Of a stretch of DNA of 64,000 nucleotides, positions 37,124 through 48,451 are shown in pieces. How positions within the stretch are numbered: position 1 is the stretch's first letter; every line of letters starts with the position of its first letter. Source of the DNA: Candidatus Spongiisociaceae bacterium. GTDB taxonomy: Bacteria > Actinomycetota > Acidimicrobiia > Spongiisociales > Spongiisociaceae. The translations under genes were made by a program, and so were the position numbers. The DNA is taken from assembly GCA_965219685.1 (NCBI GenBank), contig CBDCOH010000002.1, positions 1,120,001 to 1,184,000 on the forward strand, written 5' to 3'. A model generated the notes under the pieces. It was not told where the DNA came from. It was given only the letters and a program-made list of their open reading frames with translations, and ran no database searches.

Positions 37124-38605
37124 TCACCGGGGGACGGTCCCGAGCCGGCCTGCCCGCCTGTCCCGGCGCCTGGGCTGGAAGCTGAGACGCTCACCGATCA
37201 CGTGAAGTTTCACCATGTTGGTACGGGCACGGCTGTTCGGGGGGACGCCGGCCACCATCACGACGCCTTCGCCGCGCTCGCATATCCCGGTCTTCTCCAG
37301 GTGCTTCTCGGCAGCTGCGAACATCAACTCGATCGACTCCCGCGGTTCGAACGGGATCGGTCTCACCCCCCAGTAGAGGGCCATCCGGCGGCGGATCCGG
37401 GCGCTCGGAGCGAAGACCATGATGTCGGCCGATGGCCGGTACTTGGACAGGAGTCGGGCGGTACCGCCCGACTCGGTGAAGGCCACGATCGTGCGGAATC
37501 CGAGGTCGCGGGCTGCCTCGGTGGCTGCTTTGGCGGTTGCCGAGGCGAAGTTCATCGAACTTTCGAGGAACTCGATCTCCTCATGGTCGGCGATGTTGGT
37601 GTCGCGATGCTGCTCCGCCTCCCTGCAGATGGCCGACATAGCCTCGACGACGGGTACGGGGTGGCGCCCGATGGCGGTCTCGGCGGAGAGCATCACGGCG
37701 TCGGTTCCCGAGGCCACTGCGTTCGCCACGTCGGTCACTTCCGCCCGCGTGGGGCGCTGGGCTGTGATCATCGACTCCAGCATTTCGGTAGCGGTTATCG
37801 AGATCAGCCCGGCACGGTTGGTACGTCTCAGGATGTCGGCCTGGATGTGGGGTATCGACTCCAGGGGGAGTTGCACCCCCAGGTCGCCGCGCGCCACCAT
37901 CACCCCGTCGGCCGCATCGAGGATGGAGTCCAGATTCTGGTAGGCCAGGGCGAGTTCGACCTTGGCGATGACCGGCACGTCGGGTCCGGCCAACTCCCGC
38001 ACCTCGTTGATGTCGTCACCCTCCTTCACGAAGGAGGCGGCGACGTAGTCGACGCCCAGTTCCCGTCCCAGTTCGAGGTCCCGCCGGTCCTTCTCGGTGA
38101 CCGGGCCGACCTGCAGGTCGCTGTCCGGGAACGCGACACCCTTGCGATCTCTGAGCGTGCCGCCGCGCCGGATCAGCAGCTTCAGGGTCTCGCCGGTGAG
38201 ATCGGTGACCTGACCGGCGATCAACCCGTCCGACATGACGACACGGTCACCCACCCCTACGTCGGCCGCCAGCCGGGGATAGTCGACCGGGATGAGACCC
38301 GGCTTCCCCTGCATCACCGTGGAGGTCATCCATACCTCGTCGCCTTGACTCAACTCCACCGCTCCCGCGGCGAACCGACCCACCCTGGTCTTCGGTCCCT
38401 GGATGTCCTGGAGAACCGCGATGGAGCGGCCGGCTTCGGCGGCCGCCTGACGCAGCCACCGGATCATCCAGAGATGGGAGTTGTGATCGCCATGGCTGAA
38501 GTTGAGTCTGGCAACATCCATACCGGCCTCTACTAGGGCCTTCACCGTGTCGGCATCGGCGACAGCCGGGCCCATGGTGGCCACGATCTTCGTTCTGCGT
38601 AACAC
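37124..38605 (-). CDS. pyk: Pyruvate kinase
   Basis: RRTKIVATMGP, ARLNFSHG, DIQGPK, AKVE, MVARGDLG, RPTRAEVTDVANA, MLSAETA. Confidence 0.96.
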   Translation of the reverse strand: MLRRTKIVATMGPAVADADTVKALVEAGMDVARLNFSHGDHNSHLWMIRWLRQAAAEAGRSIAVLQDIQGPKTRVGRFAAGAVELSQGDEVWMTSTVMQGKPGLIPVDYPRLAADVGVGDRVVMSDGLIAGQVTDLTGETLKLLIRRGGTLRDRKGVAFPDSDLQVGPVTEKDRRDLELGRELGVDYVAASFVKEGDDINEVRELAGPDVPVIAKVELALAYQNLDSILDAADGVMVARGDLGVQLPLESIPHIQADILRRTNRAGLISITATEMLESMITAQRPTRAEVTDVANAVASGTDAVMLSAETAIGRHPVPVVEAMSAICREAEQHRDTNIADHEEIEFLESSMNFASATAKAATEAARDLGFRTIVAFTESGGTARLLSKYRPSADIMVFAPSARIRRRMALYWGVRPIPFEPRESIELMFAAAEKHLEKTGICERGEGVVMVAGVPPNSRARTNMVKLHVIGERLSFQPRRRDRRAGRLGTVPR

Positions 38606-38729
38606 CGGTCCCCAAGGTAACCGGCCGGGTCTACACGTCAAAGCCTCTTGGTCGGCGCTGGTTGCCGCACGGCGATGCAGTGCACACCCAATCCGGCTCG
38701 TGCGCCGATCAACCGTGGAAGCGGGCTGG

Positions 38730-38754
38730 GCTCCGGGGGTGGGACTTGACCCCA
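38730..38754 (-). repeat. att site (displaced tRNA-Asn 3' fragment)
   Basis: 24/25 match to 42256-42280, covering the T-arm and acceptor 3' strand. Confidence 0.88.
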
Positions 38755-38797
38755 AAATGGCTCATCCCGTCGAGGCGGGTCAACCTCAGTGGCTCCT

Positions 38798-40831
38798 TCA
38801 GTTTGGTAGCCAACCTAAGAGCGTGATTCGGCCGTATTCAGGTTGGGCAACAACCCTCCATCGGTTACTGCCGTCGCTATCCGTTATCCATAGCGAGGAG
38901 ACAGAGCCTGGTAAGGGTCCGGCTTCATCGAATCTGACTGGGGCTAGCATCGAGTAGGCTATACGGTTACCGTCGGGGGACCAACGAAAGTCATGTCCTA
39001 CGTTGTCAACCAGTTTCCTCTTGTTCTGTCCATCAGCGTCCGCTATCCATAGCTGCGTAGAAACGGGGAAATATGGTTCGGTCCACAATTCCCTGGAGAT
39101 GTCGGATACTTCTGTGAAAACGTCGGATGGTAGTACTGGACTGTTGGGGTCTTCTTCTTCCAGAATGTAAGCAAAGGACTGATTGTCAGGCGACCATCGG
39201 ACATTCAGAATCCGACCGTATCTCGGGTCTCCTGTGTAGAGGTCGCGCTGCCTTATCGTATCCCCGGTTAGCGTGTTGAACACGAACCCTTCACTGTTGT
39301 CAGATACTAGATGTGCACTATCCGGTGCCCAGTCCAGGTAGTTACACTTGCTTATACCTAGGTTCATGATCGTTTCACCGTTGGTGGCGTCCGCCACGAG
39401 GAACTGGGTTCCGATACCATAACCCTTCACGTAGGCGAATCGGCTACCGTCGGGCGACCAGCGTAGCTTGGCCGAGCCGGGAAGGTCGCCCAAGCCTGCC
39501 GTCAGTAACTTGACCCTGTTGCTACCGTCGATGTCCATTATCCAGAGATCCTGGTGAACACCGTTGGGATTCTGCGCTATCCAGGACACTCTCCGGCCAT
39601 CGGGTGTGAACTCCACGTATCGGGCATTGGACTCATCAACATCGATCGTGACCTGGCTACCGCTCTCAAGGTTCTCGACAACGGTATGGGAGTAGACACG
39701 TTCGTTACTGATCTCATCGAAGACACTGTAGAGACCTAACGTCCCGTCAGGAGAGAACCGCCAGAAAAGACCGATGGACCGCTTGTCCTCCCCATCACTA
39801 CCCTCGATCCAGCTCGTGCCTCCGGTACCTTCAGCAGGGTTGTACACCAGGTATCTGCTGTCGGGCGACCACCGGAAATTAAAGGACCATCGGCCCCGAG
39901 CACGGACCTCGCGAACGTTGCGCCCATCAGTGCCCATAACAAGGCCCTTATCGCTTGCCCCGTAGGCGACCCACCTACCGTCCGGTGAGAATATCGGATG
40001 AGCACCACCATGACTGCTGTACGATCCTATAGCCTCCCTGCCGCCCTGCAGCCGGACCATCCATATTCGGTTCCCGAACCCATAACTGTCCACGTAGTTC
40101 GGGTCTGCCGTGGAGTAGGCAAGGCGGTAGCCGCCGGCAAGCGACGTGGCGGCGGGAAGGGGCACGAGCTTCAGGGCGCGAGCCAGGAAAGTCGCCATCT
40201 CGGCCCGGGTCACCGACCGGTCGGGACAGTAACGCCCCTCACCGCATCCGGCGGTGATCCCCGCCGCGGCGAGCTTGTCGATGTTCTCCGCGTGTGCGCT
40301 GCTCGCAGTGTCCGAGAACCGACCGGGCGTCCCGCCGGGCAACTCAAACGCCCGCGCCAAGAAACTCGCCATCTCAGCGCGGGTCACCGGCCGGTCCGGG
40401 CAGTAAAGTGGAGGGGCGTCAGAGCACCCTCTGGTGACTTCGAGATCGGCCAGCCGGTTCGTATAAGGCGCCCACCATAGAGCGGGACTCACATCGGTGA
40501 AGCTCGACACGCCGGACGGACCAGGATCCGTCCCATCCAAGGCCCGCACCAGCCACACGGCCATCACCCATCTCAGCAGCGGATCTTCAGGACAGAACAA
40601 ACCCCCGTCGCAGTCGGTGCCCGCGAGGATGCGCCGACCATCAGAAGCCACGGCAGCGATCGACCTCGCATGAACCCCTCCCTCAACATCGGGATAGCCG
40701 CCCGCCTGGGCCGCCGCGGGCAGACCGGGCGCCAGCGGTACCATCATCACCACGATCACGGCCCCGATCAGCCGACCACGCGCTTTCGGTCGATCACCCC
40801 TGCGCCCCGGCAGGAACAGTTGACTAGGCAC
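38798..40831 (-). CDS. Secreted protein: three SLH domains plus TolB/PD40-like beta-propeller
   Basis: Signal peptide ...PAAAQA; three F/Y.DV...G....CP...TR.EMA.FL repeats; many (W/F)SPDG repeats; GAGGGAG RBS before GTG 40831. Confidence 0.85.
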   Translation of the reverse strand: MPSQLFLPGRRGDRPKARGRLIGAVIVVMMVPLAPGLPAAAQAGGYPDVEGGVHARSIAAVASDGRRILAGTDCDGGLFCPEDPLLRWVMAVWLVRALDGTDPGPSGVSSFTDVSPALWWAPYTNRLADLEVTRGCSDAPPLYCPDRPVTRAEMASFLARAFELPGGTPGRFSDTASSAHAENIDKLAAAGITAGCGEGRYCPDRSVTRAEMATFLARALKLVPLPAATSLAGGYRLAYSTADPNYVDSYGFGNRIWMVRLQGGREAIGSYSSHGGAHPIFSPDGRWVAYGASDKGLVMGTDGRNVREVRARGRWSFNFRWSPDSRYLVYNPAEGTGGTSWIEGSDGEDKRSIGLFWRFSPDGTLGLYSVFDEISNERVYSHTVVENLESGSQVTIDVDESNARYVEFTPDGRRVSWIAQNPNGVHQDLWIMDIDGSNRVKLLTAGLGDLPGSAKLRWSPDGSRFAYVKGYGIGTQFLVADATNGETIMNLGISKCNYLDWAPDSAHLVSDNSEGFVFNTLTGDTIRQRDLYTGDPRYGRILNVRWSPDNQSFAYILEEEDPNSPVLPSDVFTEVSDISRELWTEPYFPVSTQLWIADADGQNKRKLVDNVGHDFRWSPDGNRIAYSMLAPVRFDEAGPLPGSVSSLWITDSDGSNRWRVVAQPEYGRITLLGWLPN

Positions 40832-41455
40832 TGAATGTTCTCCCTCAGTGATCCAACTACCGCATCGGCCCCCCAGCCACAACCTCCGTCTCCGAGGCCC
40901 GCCGCAGTCTAGCCAACCGCACCCAACGACACTACGACAACCCCAGGAGGGGACGACGCCGACCCCTACGGCTAGTCCTCCGAAGTGTCCTCGGACAGAA
41001 AACCGGCAACGTCCAGGGATGTGATCATCACCTGAACCATACGTACCGGCCAAGACGCACAGTTTCAGTTGGCCCTGACACTCCTTTCCTCAATACTGTC
41101 CCCCGTCCCCCAAAGCCTCCAGTCCGGCAAACGGTCAACTGCGGGGGTGATAGCAGCAACGGGAGCCGGGTTAGCAGAAGGGTTCGGGGCTGTTATCGAG
41201 ATGTTGTCCCGGATGAGTGTGGTACTAGAAGTGGGACGTATCCTCGTGATCGTCGTCTAATCTGTCGATCTAGCTCAATGTTTCAATAACCTGGGCAAGG
41301 GACAGTCCTTCCGCTGTGCACCCGAGTCGAACACTGCGCCTACGACGAGGGCTCTGTGCCGGCGGTCCTGTTCGGCATAGAGCCACATTCGTGATGCGAC
41401 CAAGACCGGCTTCGAGAGCATGAGTCGAACATCGGACGACTAGCGCCTTGATGTG

Positions 41456-42060
41456 CTAGCGCTCGGAAGGTGTTTTCTGGCTCCGGTTTGTTTCGGCAAA
41501 GCGGCGGTCACCGCGTCGCCTGCTGGGTTGTCCTGGCGGTGTCCCTGGGCGATGGCCCATTTCATGACGGCTGCAATGCGTTGGCGCACCCGCTTGGCTG
41601 TCTCCGGGCGGCTGGTCCAGATCGGAGGCAGACAGTCCATCACATCTGCGGACGTGACCTCGTCCACCCGCATCGAGCCGATGGCTGGCAGCACATGGGT
41701 GCCCAGGAAGGATCGCTACTGCGCCTCGGACTTGCCGCCCGGGTTTCCACTTTCCCGCATACAGGGCGAGCACTGCTTCGGTGGCGGTTGCGAAAGTGGG
41801 AATGGCCCCGTCACGCAGGGTGGTGGGATCGATGTCTTCGTGGGCTGCTTTGCGGTACTCGAAGGCTTGCTGGCGTGCTTGGGCGAGGCTGACATAGGGG
41901 TAGCGGCCCAGGCCGAGGTCGCGGCGGCGGCCGTTGACTGTCCCCCGCCATATCCACGCCTTGGAGCCGGAGGGTTGTACTCGGAGGATCAGGCCGTGCT
42001 GGTCTCCGTACTTTCCTGGTCTGGTTTCTGATCGGACCCGGCTGCTGCCAGTTTTGGCAA
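41456..42060 (-). pseudogene. P4-type tyrosine integrase remnant (arm-binding and core-binding domains only)
   Basis: MPKLAAA/VRSETRPGKYGDQHGL.LRV..SGSK.W...GLGRYP.VSLAQAR; frameshifts near 42040 and 41740, TAG at 41716-41718; then IW..RPETA.RVRQRI..V..WA; catalytic domain absent. Confidence 0.88.
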
Positions 42061-42256
42061 TTCCCTCTCCTTCCGCCCCTCTGAGCGTCCCGCACCTGAT
42101 TGAACTACCGCCCCAATAGGAAGAGTCAAGCAACCAGCGTGAAGCTGACGGGTCTGGGCTGTGCGTGGATGAGGTCGGTCGGAAAAGGTATCTGACCTGG
42201 GAGTATGTTCAGTCCTGAAACGACCGGGGACTACAAGGAACGTCGTGGAATGGGAG

Positions 42257-42330
42257 CTCCGGGGGTGGGACTTGAACCCACAACCAACGGATTAACAGTC
42301 CGCTGCTCTGCCGAATTGAGCTACCCCGGA
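42257..42330 (-). tRNA. tRNA-Asn(GTT)
   Basis: TCCGGGGTAGCTCAATTCGGCAGAGCAGCGGACT-GTT-AATCCGTTGGTTGTGGGTTCAAGTCCCACCCCCGGAG cloverleaf; CCA not encoded. Confidence 0.97.
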
Positions 42331-42379
42331 TAGTGGATCGGGCTGAGATGGTACCAGTCTCCCGGCCGGTGCCGGAACA

Positions 42380-43525
42380 TCACCCGTCCCTCAGGTAACT
42401 CTCCAGGCGGCGGCCCTCACTCTTCCTACGGAGCTTGTACAGCGCCCGGGTCTCGAGTTGGCGTATCCGCTCGCGGGTGACGTCGAAATGGGTGCTCAAC
42501 TCTCCCAGGGTCCGGACCCGGCCGTCCTCGAGACCGAAACGCATCAGGATGATCTGGCGTTCCCGCTCGGTGAGTCCCTCGAGAGCGAGGGCGACGTACT
42601 CCTGTAGCAGCTTGAAGGCTGCTCCCTCCACGGCGACCTCCGCTGCCTTGTCCGGCACGAAGTCACCGAGGGTCGACTCCCCCTTGTCGCTCACGGGCGT
42701 TTCCAACGAGACGGTTCCCTGGGAGATCCTGGAGAGTTCCCGGACACGGCCGGGGGTCAGCTCTATCTCGTGGGCAATCTCCTCGACGGTCGGTTCCCGG
42801 CCTAGTTCCTGGAACAGACGGCGCTGTGCCTTCGACACGTTGTAGATGGTCTCGACCAGGTGGACCGGCACGCGGATGGTCCGTGACTGGTCTGCGAGCG
42901 CCCTGCTGACCGCCTGGCGGATCCACCATGTGGCATAGGTCGAGAATCTGTAGCCCTTCCGGTAGTCGAACTTCTCCACGGCCTTCATGAGGCCCAGGTT
43001 TCCCTCCTGGATCAGGTCGAGCAGGGGCATGCCGTTGCCCACGTAGCGCTTGGCGATCGACACCACCAGCCGGAGGTTGGCTTCGACGAGGCGCTTCTCG
43101 GCGCGTTCGCCGGTTCGCACGGTGCGTAGCAGGCGCACCGTGCCGTCCGAGGGCCGAGGCTTGGCCTTCGGACCGGACTGCGACAGCTTTGTCCCGGCCT
43201 GCCTTCCGGCCTCCAAGGCCATCGCCAGCTCCACCTCCTGCTGGGGTGTGAGGAGAGGGACCCGGCCTATCTGCCTCAGATACATGCTGACCGGGTCCGA
43301 CAGGCCGACCGCGCCCTGGTCGATGTGCAGGGAGTCGAAGTCGTCGTCGCTGTCCTCCCGAACGTCCAGGCCGCGTTCGCGGATCGCTTCCATCGCTTCG
43401 TCGAACGCGGATCCAGGCGCTTCGGCCTCTTCGAGTTCCTGCTGGATCTCGGCCATCGTCACGAAGCCGCGCCGACCGGCGCGGGTCAGGAGCTCATCGA
43501 TTGCGGCCTTGACTACAGGCTCCAC
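42380..43525 (-). CDS. rpoD: RpoD/SigA-type sigma-70 factor
   Basis: Region 1.1-like N-terminus, [55 protein letters not shown]; directly after dnaG. Confidence 0.88.
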   Translation of the reverse strand: MEPVVKAAIDELLTRAGRRGFVTMAEIQQELEEAEAPGSAFDEAMEAIRERGLDVREDSDDDFDSLHIDQGAVGLSDPVSMYLRQIGRVPLLTPQQEVELAMALEAGRQAGTKLSQSGPKAKPRPSDGTVRLLRTVRTGERAEKRLVEANLRLVVSIAKRYVGNGMPLLDLIQEGNLGLMKAVEKFDYRKGYRFSTYATWWIRQAVSRALADQSRTIRVPVHLVETIYNVSKAQRRLFQELGREPTVEEIAHEIELTPGRVRELSRISQGTVSLETPVSDKGESTLGDFVPDKAAEVAVEGAAFKLLQEYVALALEGLTERERQIILMRFGLEDGRVRTLGELSTHFDVTRERIRQLETRALYKLRRKSEGRRLESYLRDG

Positions 43526-43527
43526 GC

Positions 43528-45285
43528 CTACTCCTCAGCGATCCGGGGTTCCCTTTGCAACAAAGCTATCAACTCCGCCACCCTTTGTGAATACCCTTCA
43601 GGGTCGGCGCCGGGATCCATCGACTCGAGTCGCCGGCCCAGTTCATCCTTCCGGCGGTCCCTGTAGCGGGTCTCCAGATGGGCCAGCACGTCCTCGACGG
43701 GGTCGGGCGGTTCCTCCATGACGGTCAGGCGCCTTGCCGTAGCCGCCATCCCATGATCCTCCATGCCGTCGAGGGGGATCGGGACTCCCGGCTCGAGGTG
43801 TCGGCCCGCGTCCAGAAGCCAGGCTGCGAGGCGGTATGCATGCTCATCCTGAAAGAGATTCTGGGTGATCCGTTCTCGCGGTGCGTTGCCCGCAAGGAGA
43901 TGGCGCAGCAACTCCCGTTCGGATCGGTCCAGCCGGTGCCTCGTCCCCCGCCCGACCGGGACCATTCCCTCGTCCGGCGGAGCCTGGTCGTTGCGGCCAA
44001 GGATGTTCTGGATCTCCCGCAGGACCCTGTCGCTCTCGAAATGGGTCCTCCCGGCCACGTCGATGGCATGCTGGTGGCGGTCGTCACGGTCGGGGTGGCG
44101 GGCGATCAGAGCCGCCGCCTCGCGCATGGCTCGGGTCCGAGCGGCCAACTCGCGAAGATCGTGACGGCCGAGAACCTGGTTGATACGGAACTCGGTGATG
44201 GGTCTCGAGCGTTCCACCGCTTGCTTCAATCGTTCCGTCCCTCCCTCCTGGACGAGGTCGGCAGGGTCCTTGCCCTCCGGCATCTCGGCGACCCGCAGAT
44301 CGAGTTCCAGTTCAGAGGTGATCCTCAGTTCGTCCCCGCGGATGGCCGCCCCCGCTCCGGCCGCGTCGGCATCGAAGGCGAGGACGATGCGGGAGGCGAA
44401 CCGGCGTAGCAGATCGAAGTGTTCCTCCCCGAGGGCCGTACCGCAGGTGGCCACCGCCAGCGGCATCTCAGCCAGGTGGAAGGCGATGACATCGGTGTAT
44501 CCCTCCACAACCACCGCGGTGTCAACCCGGCTGATGGCGGACCGGGCCCGGTCCAGCCCGTACAGCAGTTCGCTCTTCTTGTAGAGCGGCGTCTCGGCCG
44601 TGTTCAGGTACTTCGGGCCATCCCCCTGCAGCAGGCGGCCCCCGAAGCCCACCATCTCGCCGCGCACGTTGTGGATCGGGAACATCAACCGGCCCCGCAT
44701 CTGATCGAAGAGGCGCCCGGTCTGCGCCCGCCGTCCAAGGCCGGAGTCATGGATCTCTCGTTCTGTGAAGCCCTGGCCTCGGAGATGGCTGATCAGGGCG
44801 TCGAACTCGTCGGGGGCGTAACCGATCAGGAACTGGTCCACGACATCGACGTCGTAGTCCCGGCTCCTGACGTAGGCCCGGGCGTGGCCGGCGTCTGCGC
44901 CTCCCTTCAGCCGCGAGTGGTAGAACCGCCCGGCCGCTTCCACCGCTTCCACCAAGCGCCCACGCCGCTCCCTCCGGCGGGCGGCGCCGGGGTCTCGGCG
45001 GACGACGATGCCCACCCGATCCGCCAGCATCTCCACCGTCTCCCCGAAGTCCAGACCCTGGGTCTCCTGGACGAAGGTGAACACGTCTCCGCCCACCCCG
45101 CACCCGAAGCAGTGGTAGAGCCCCCGAGCAGGATCGATGGACACCGACGGGGTCTTCTCGGTGTGGAACGGGCAGAGCGCCTTGAAGGTGCCGCGGACCT
45201 TCCGCACCGTCGTCACTCCCTCGAACAACTCGACCAGGTTCACGGCTTGGCGAATGCGCTCCAGGTCATCTCGGTCGGCAGCCAT
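43528..45285 (-). CDS. dnaG: DNA primase
   Basis: [49 protein letters not shown]. Confidence 0.97.
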   Translation of the reverse strand: MAADRDDLERIRQAVNLVELFEGVTTVRKVRGTFKALCPFHTEKTPSVSIDPARGLYHCFGCGVGGDVFTFVQETQGLDFGETVEMLADRVGIVVRRDPGAARRRERRGRLVEAVEAAGRFYHSRLKGGADAGHARAYVRSRDYDVDVVDQFLIGYAPDEFDALISHLRGQGFTEREIHDSGLGRRAQTGRLFDQMRGRLMFPIHNVRGEMVGFGGRLLQGDGPKYLNTAETPLYKKSELLYGLDRARSAISRVDTAVVVEGYTDVIAFHLAEMPLAVATCGTALGEEHFDLLRRFASRIVLAFDADAAGAGAAIRGDELRITSELELDLRVAEMPEGKDPADLVQEGGTERLKQAVERSRPITEFRINQVLGRHDLRELAARTRAMREAAALIARHPDRDDRHQHAIDVAGRTHFESDRVLREIQNILGRNDQAPPDEGMVPVGRGTRHRLDRSERELLRHLLAGNAPRERITQNLFQDEHAYRLAAWLLDAGRHLEPGVPIPLDGMEDHGMAATARRLTVMEEPPDPVEDVLAHLETRYRDRRKDELGRRLESMDPGADPEGYSQRVAELIALLQREPRIAEE

Positions 45286-45307
45286 ACCGCCCTGAGTGTA
45301 CGCGGGG

Positions 45308-45441
45308 TGGTGAATGGTGAATGGTGAATGGTGAATGGTGCCAACTCTTGACGGTACTCGACTGCCGAGCTAAGACCGGGCCACGACGAGCCGGATGTGG
45401 TAGCCGTTCACTGGCACCTGGCACCTGGCACCTGGCACCTA
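45308..45441 (+). repeat. Heptamer-flanked dispersed element, copy 2
   Basis: (TGGTGAA)x4 at 45308-45335, core 45343-45401, ACTGGCA plus (CCTGGCA)x3 at 45410-45437 abutting the yceI-family stop. Confidence 0.85.
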
Positions 45442-46284
45442 GCCTGCCACTGCCACCAACTCGATTGCGAGGGTCACTTCGTCGTCGACGTCGCTGACGC
45501 TCGGAACATCGGGGACGGTCAATCCGAAGTCCGACCTGAGGACGGTGGCGGTGCCGCTCACCTCGATACGCTCGGTCGACGCCACGGCGACCTCGACCGC
45601 GAACTCCACTGGAAGGGTCACGCCGCTCAGCGTGAAGTTCCCTGACACCGTCAGAGACACCCGATCCCCCACCGCAACCTGGTCCGGGACGCCCGCGATA
45701 CTGGTCGGCTCGAACGTGGCGAACTCGTTCTCGTCCCTGGCCGAGCCGAGGATGGGACCGCGCATCGCCCGGTCGCGGAAGCTGGAATCGGTCTGGAGGG
45801 TGCGGACGTTGATCACGACTGCGCCGAGGCTGGAGGCGGGCGGGTTGTCGAAGTCGATCAGGATTTCGCCGGCCACCTCGCTGGTGGTTCCGACGACCCG
45901 CTTGGGACTTCCGTTCAGGATCTCGTCGATCTCGAAGCGGACCGTGGACTCGGCCTTCTCGATCCGGTAGACGACGGCCGCCGACTCCTCGCCCGGATCC
46001 TCCGCCGGAGCCGCGGAGGTGGAAGTGGTTGCCGCTGACGTCGCGGTGGTGGTCGCGGCGGTGGGGTCCGGCTCGGCGGCCCCGGTGTCCGCGACCTCGG
46101 TGTCCGCGGCGGTCTGCTCTTCCTCCGCCTCGGTGTCGGGCGGGGCCGGAGGCGCGGTGGTCACGGGCGGAGCGGTGACCTCGGTGCTGGGTTCGCCGCT
46201 CCCGCCCGAGAACCAGACGTAGGCGAGTCCCGTCACTACCAGCACCATGACGATGCCTATCCCTATTACCAACTTCTTCACCAT
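45439..46284 (-). CDS. YceI-family protein with N-terminal TM and Thr/Ala-rich linker
   Basis: S.VRFEIDE, L.TD...RD.AM, A.F, G.FTL.GVT, RSDFGL. Confidence 0.88.
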   Translation of the reverse strand: MVKKLVIGIGIVMVLVVTGLAYVWFSGGSGEPSTEVTAPPVTTAPPAPPDTEAEEEQTAADTEVADTGAAEPDPTAATTTATSAATTSTSAAPAEDPGEESAAVVYRIEKAESTVRFEIDEILNGSPKRVVGTTSEVAGEILIDFDNPPASSLGAVVINVRTLQTDSSFRDRAMRGPILGSARDENEFATFEPTSIAGVPDQVAVGDRVSLTVSGNFTLSGVTLPVEFAVEVAVASTERIEVSGTATVLRSDFGLTVPDVPSVSDVDDEVTLAIELVAVAG

Positions 46285-47615
46285 ATCCCCCTTCCTGCGC
46301 CGGGAACATCAACCAGACGTCGGGTCAAGTGTTCGACCAAGGAGTCAATTGCGACCCGATCCTGATGCATCAGGTCCCTGTCACGGACCGTAACCGCGCC
46401 GTCGTCGAGAGTCTGGAAGTCGACGGTCACGCAGAGCGGAGTCCCGATCTCGTCCTGGCGCCGGTAGCGCCTGCCGATCGCCTGGGTGACATCGACCTCT
46501 ATGTCCCAGTGGGAGCGGAGCAGGGACGCAACTCGGTCCGCCACTTCCAGCAGGTCTGCCTTGCGGGACAGCGGGAGGACCGCCACCTTGATGGGCGCCA
46601 GCCGGGCATCGAGGCGCAGCACGGTCCTGGTGGCGCCCCTGACGATGTCCTCATCGTAGGCGTCGATCAGGAAGGCGAAGGCGGCCCGGGTGACGCCGGC
46701 GGCCGGCTCGATCACGTACGGGTAGAACCGCTTCCCCTGGGCCGGGTCGAAGTAGCGGAGGTCCTTTCCGGAGTGTTCCGAGTGCCTGCGGAGGTCGAAG
46801 TTGGTCCGGTTGGCGATACCCTCCAACTCGTCCCAGCCCCACGGGAACCGATACTCCACGTCGTAGGTGCCGGCTGCGTAGTGGGCCAGTTCGTCGTCCA
46901 GATGTTCCCTCAGCCTGAGGTTGGAGGGCTGGATGCCCAGATCCAGGTACCATGCCTGACGCGCTTCAACCCAGTAGTCGAACCAGCGGTCCGCGTCTTT
47001 GGGGTGGGTGAAGAACTCCATCTCCATCTGCTCGAACTCGCGGGTCCGGAACACGAACTGGCCGGGCGTGATCTCGTTACGGAAGGACTTGCCGACCTGG
47101 GCTATTCCGAACGGGAGCTTGCGTCGCATCACCCTCCGGACGTTCTCGAAGTTGGTGAAGATGCCCTGCGCGGTCTCCGGCCGGAGGTAGACGAGGTTTC
47201 CCTCGCCCGCCACCGGTCCCATGTGGGTCCGGAACATGAGATTGAAGTCCCGCGCCTCGGTGAAGGAGCCCCGGATGCCACACCTCGGGCACTGGTCCCG
47301 GTCATCGAGCTTGTCCAGCCGGTGCCGGCTATGGCAGGAGGTGCACTCGACCAGTGGATCGTGGAACTGGGAGACATGACCCGACGCCTCCCATACCAGC
47401 GGCGACTGGATTATGGCCGAGTCCAGTCCGACCACGTCGTCCCTTGACCGGACCATGGATCTCCACCAGGCCTCCTTCACGTTGCGCAACAGGGCGACGC
47501 CTAGCGGTCCGTAGTCGTAGGCCGAACGGAGTCCCCCGTAGATCTCGGACGCCTGGAAGACGAACCCGCGTTTCTTGGCCAGGTTTACGATCGTGGCGAA
47601 GGTGGGTTCCGGCAT
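46278..47615 (-). CDS. glyQS: Glycine--tRNA ligase (homodimeric)
   Basis: [64 protein letters not shown]. Confidence 0.96.
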   Translation of the reverse strand: MPEPTFATIVNLAKKRGFVFQASEIYGGLRSAYDYGPLGVALLRNVKEAWWRSMVRSRDDVVGLDSAIIQSPLVWEASGHVSQFHDPLVECTSCHSRHRLDKLDDRDQCPRCGIRGSFTEARDFNLMFRTHMGPVAGEGNLVYLRPETAQGIFTNFENVRRVMRRKLPFGIAQVGKSFRNEITPGQFVFRTREFEQMEMEFFTHPKDADRWFDYWVEARQAWYLDLGIQPSNLRLREHLDDELAHYAAGTYDVEYRFPWGWDELEGIANRTNFDLRRHSEHSGKDLRYFDPAQGKRFYPYVIEPAAGVTRAAFAFLIDAYDEDIVRGATRTVLRLDARLAPIKVAVLPLSRKADLLEVADRVASLLRSHWDIEVDVTQAIGRRYRRQDEIGTPLCVTVDFQTLDDGAVTVRDRDLMHQDRVAIDSLVEHLTRRLVDVPGAGRGIW

Positions 47616-47659
47616 CGGCGGTCTCCTAGGCGAGGCGCAGGGATGGTACCCGACCCCGG

Positions 47660-48448
47660 TCACCCATCTGTTTCCTCAGGATTGCCGGGCGCGACGGCCC
47701 CTCCGAACCGCCGCCCGCGCATCTGGAATTCGATGACGGCGTCCACCAGATCCTGCGCGCCGAAGTCGGGCCATAGGGTGTCGGTGAAGACCAACTCGGC
47801 ATAGGCGCTGCCCCACAGCAGAAAGTTCGAGATCCGCATCTCCCCTGAAGTCCGAACGATCACATCCGGGTCGGGCATGCCGGGTACGTAGAAGTGACCG
47901 GCCAGATCGCTCTCCCCGATGGAACAGGCATCCCGGTGACCGGCGGCCACCTCGGTTGCCAGGATCCTGATAGCTCTTATGATCTCCGCCCGGCCTCCGT
48001 AGTTGAAGGCCAGGACCAGGTCGAGCCGCTCGTTGCCGCAAGTCCGGGCAACCGCGTCCCGCATGTGGCGCCGGTTCCGTTCCGGAATGCGCTCATCGGC
48101 CAGGTCTCCGGCGAAGTGCAGCCTCACGCCCATCCCGTCGAGCGAGTCGAGGCGGCGCAGCAGGATGTCCTCGTTGAACCACATCAGGAAGGAGACCTCG
48201 TCGGGCGACCGGGCCCAGTTCTCGGTGGAGAACGTGTAGGCGGACAGCCAGCGCAGTCCGACCGCCACCGCTCCTTCCACGCATTCGAAGAGAACGGCCT
48301 CCCCTGCCGCATGTCCGGCGGTCCTGGGCAGGTTGCGCGCGGTTGCCCACCTGCCGTTGCCGTCCATGATGAGTCCGAGATGAGCCGGGATCCGGTCCGG
48401 GTCTACCCTCGTCAGGTCGAGGCGGGCTGCGGTTTCCTCGGCGCCCAT
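47660..48448 (-). CDS. uppS: Polyprenyl diphosphate synthase
   Basis: [40 protein letters not shown]. Confidence 0.95.
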   Translation of the reverse strand: MGAEETAARLDLTRVDPDRIPAHLGLIMDGNGRWATARNLPRTAGHAAGEAVLFECVEGAVAVGLRWLSAYTFSTENWARSPDEVSFLMWFNEDILLRRLDSLDGMGVRLHFAGDLADERIPERNRRHMRDAVARTCGNERLDLVLAFNYGGRAEIIRAIRILATEVAAGHRDACSIGESDLAGHFYVPGMPDPDVIVRTSGEMRISNFLLWGSAYAELVFTDTLWPDFGAQDLVDAVIEFQMRGRRFGGAVAPGNPEETDG

Positions 48449-48451
48449 GGT

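Larger units (their letters stand above)
38730..42280. mobile_element. Decayed integrative island at the tRNA-Asn 3' end
   Basis: Direct repeat GCTCCGGGGGTGGGACTTGA(c/a)CCCA at 38730-38754 and 42256-42280 (24/25); integrase pseudogene next to the tRNA; lower-GC cargo. Confidence 0.88.

Noticed and set aside
40832-41455. Long leader and short ORFs (41069..41260) inside the island
   Set aside because: No identifiable protein or RNA motif; probably decayed island DNA.
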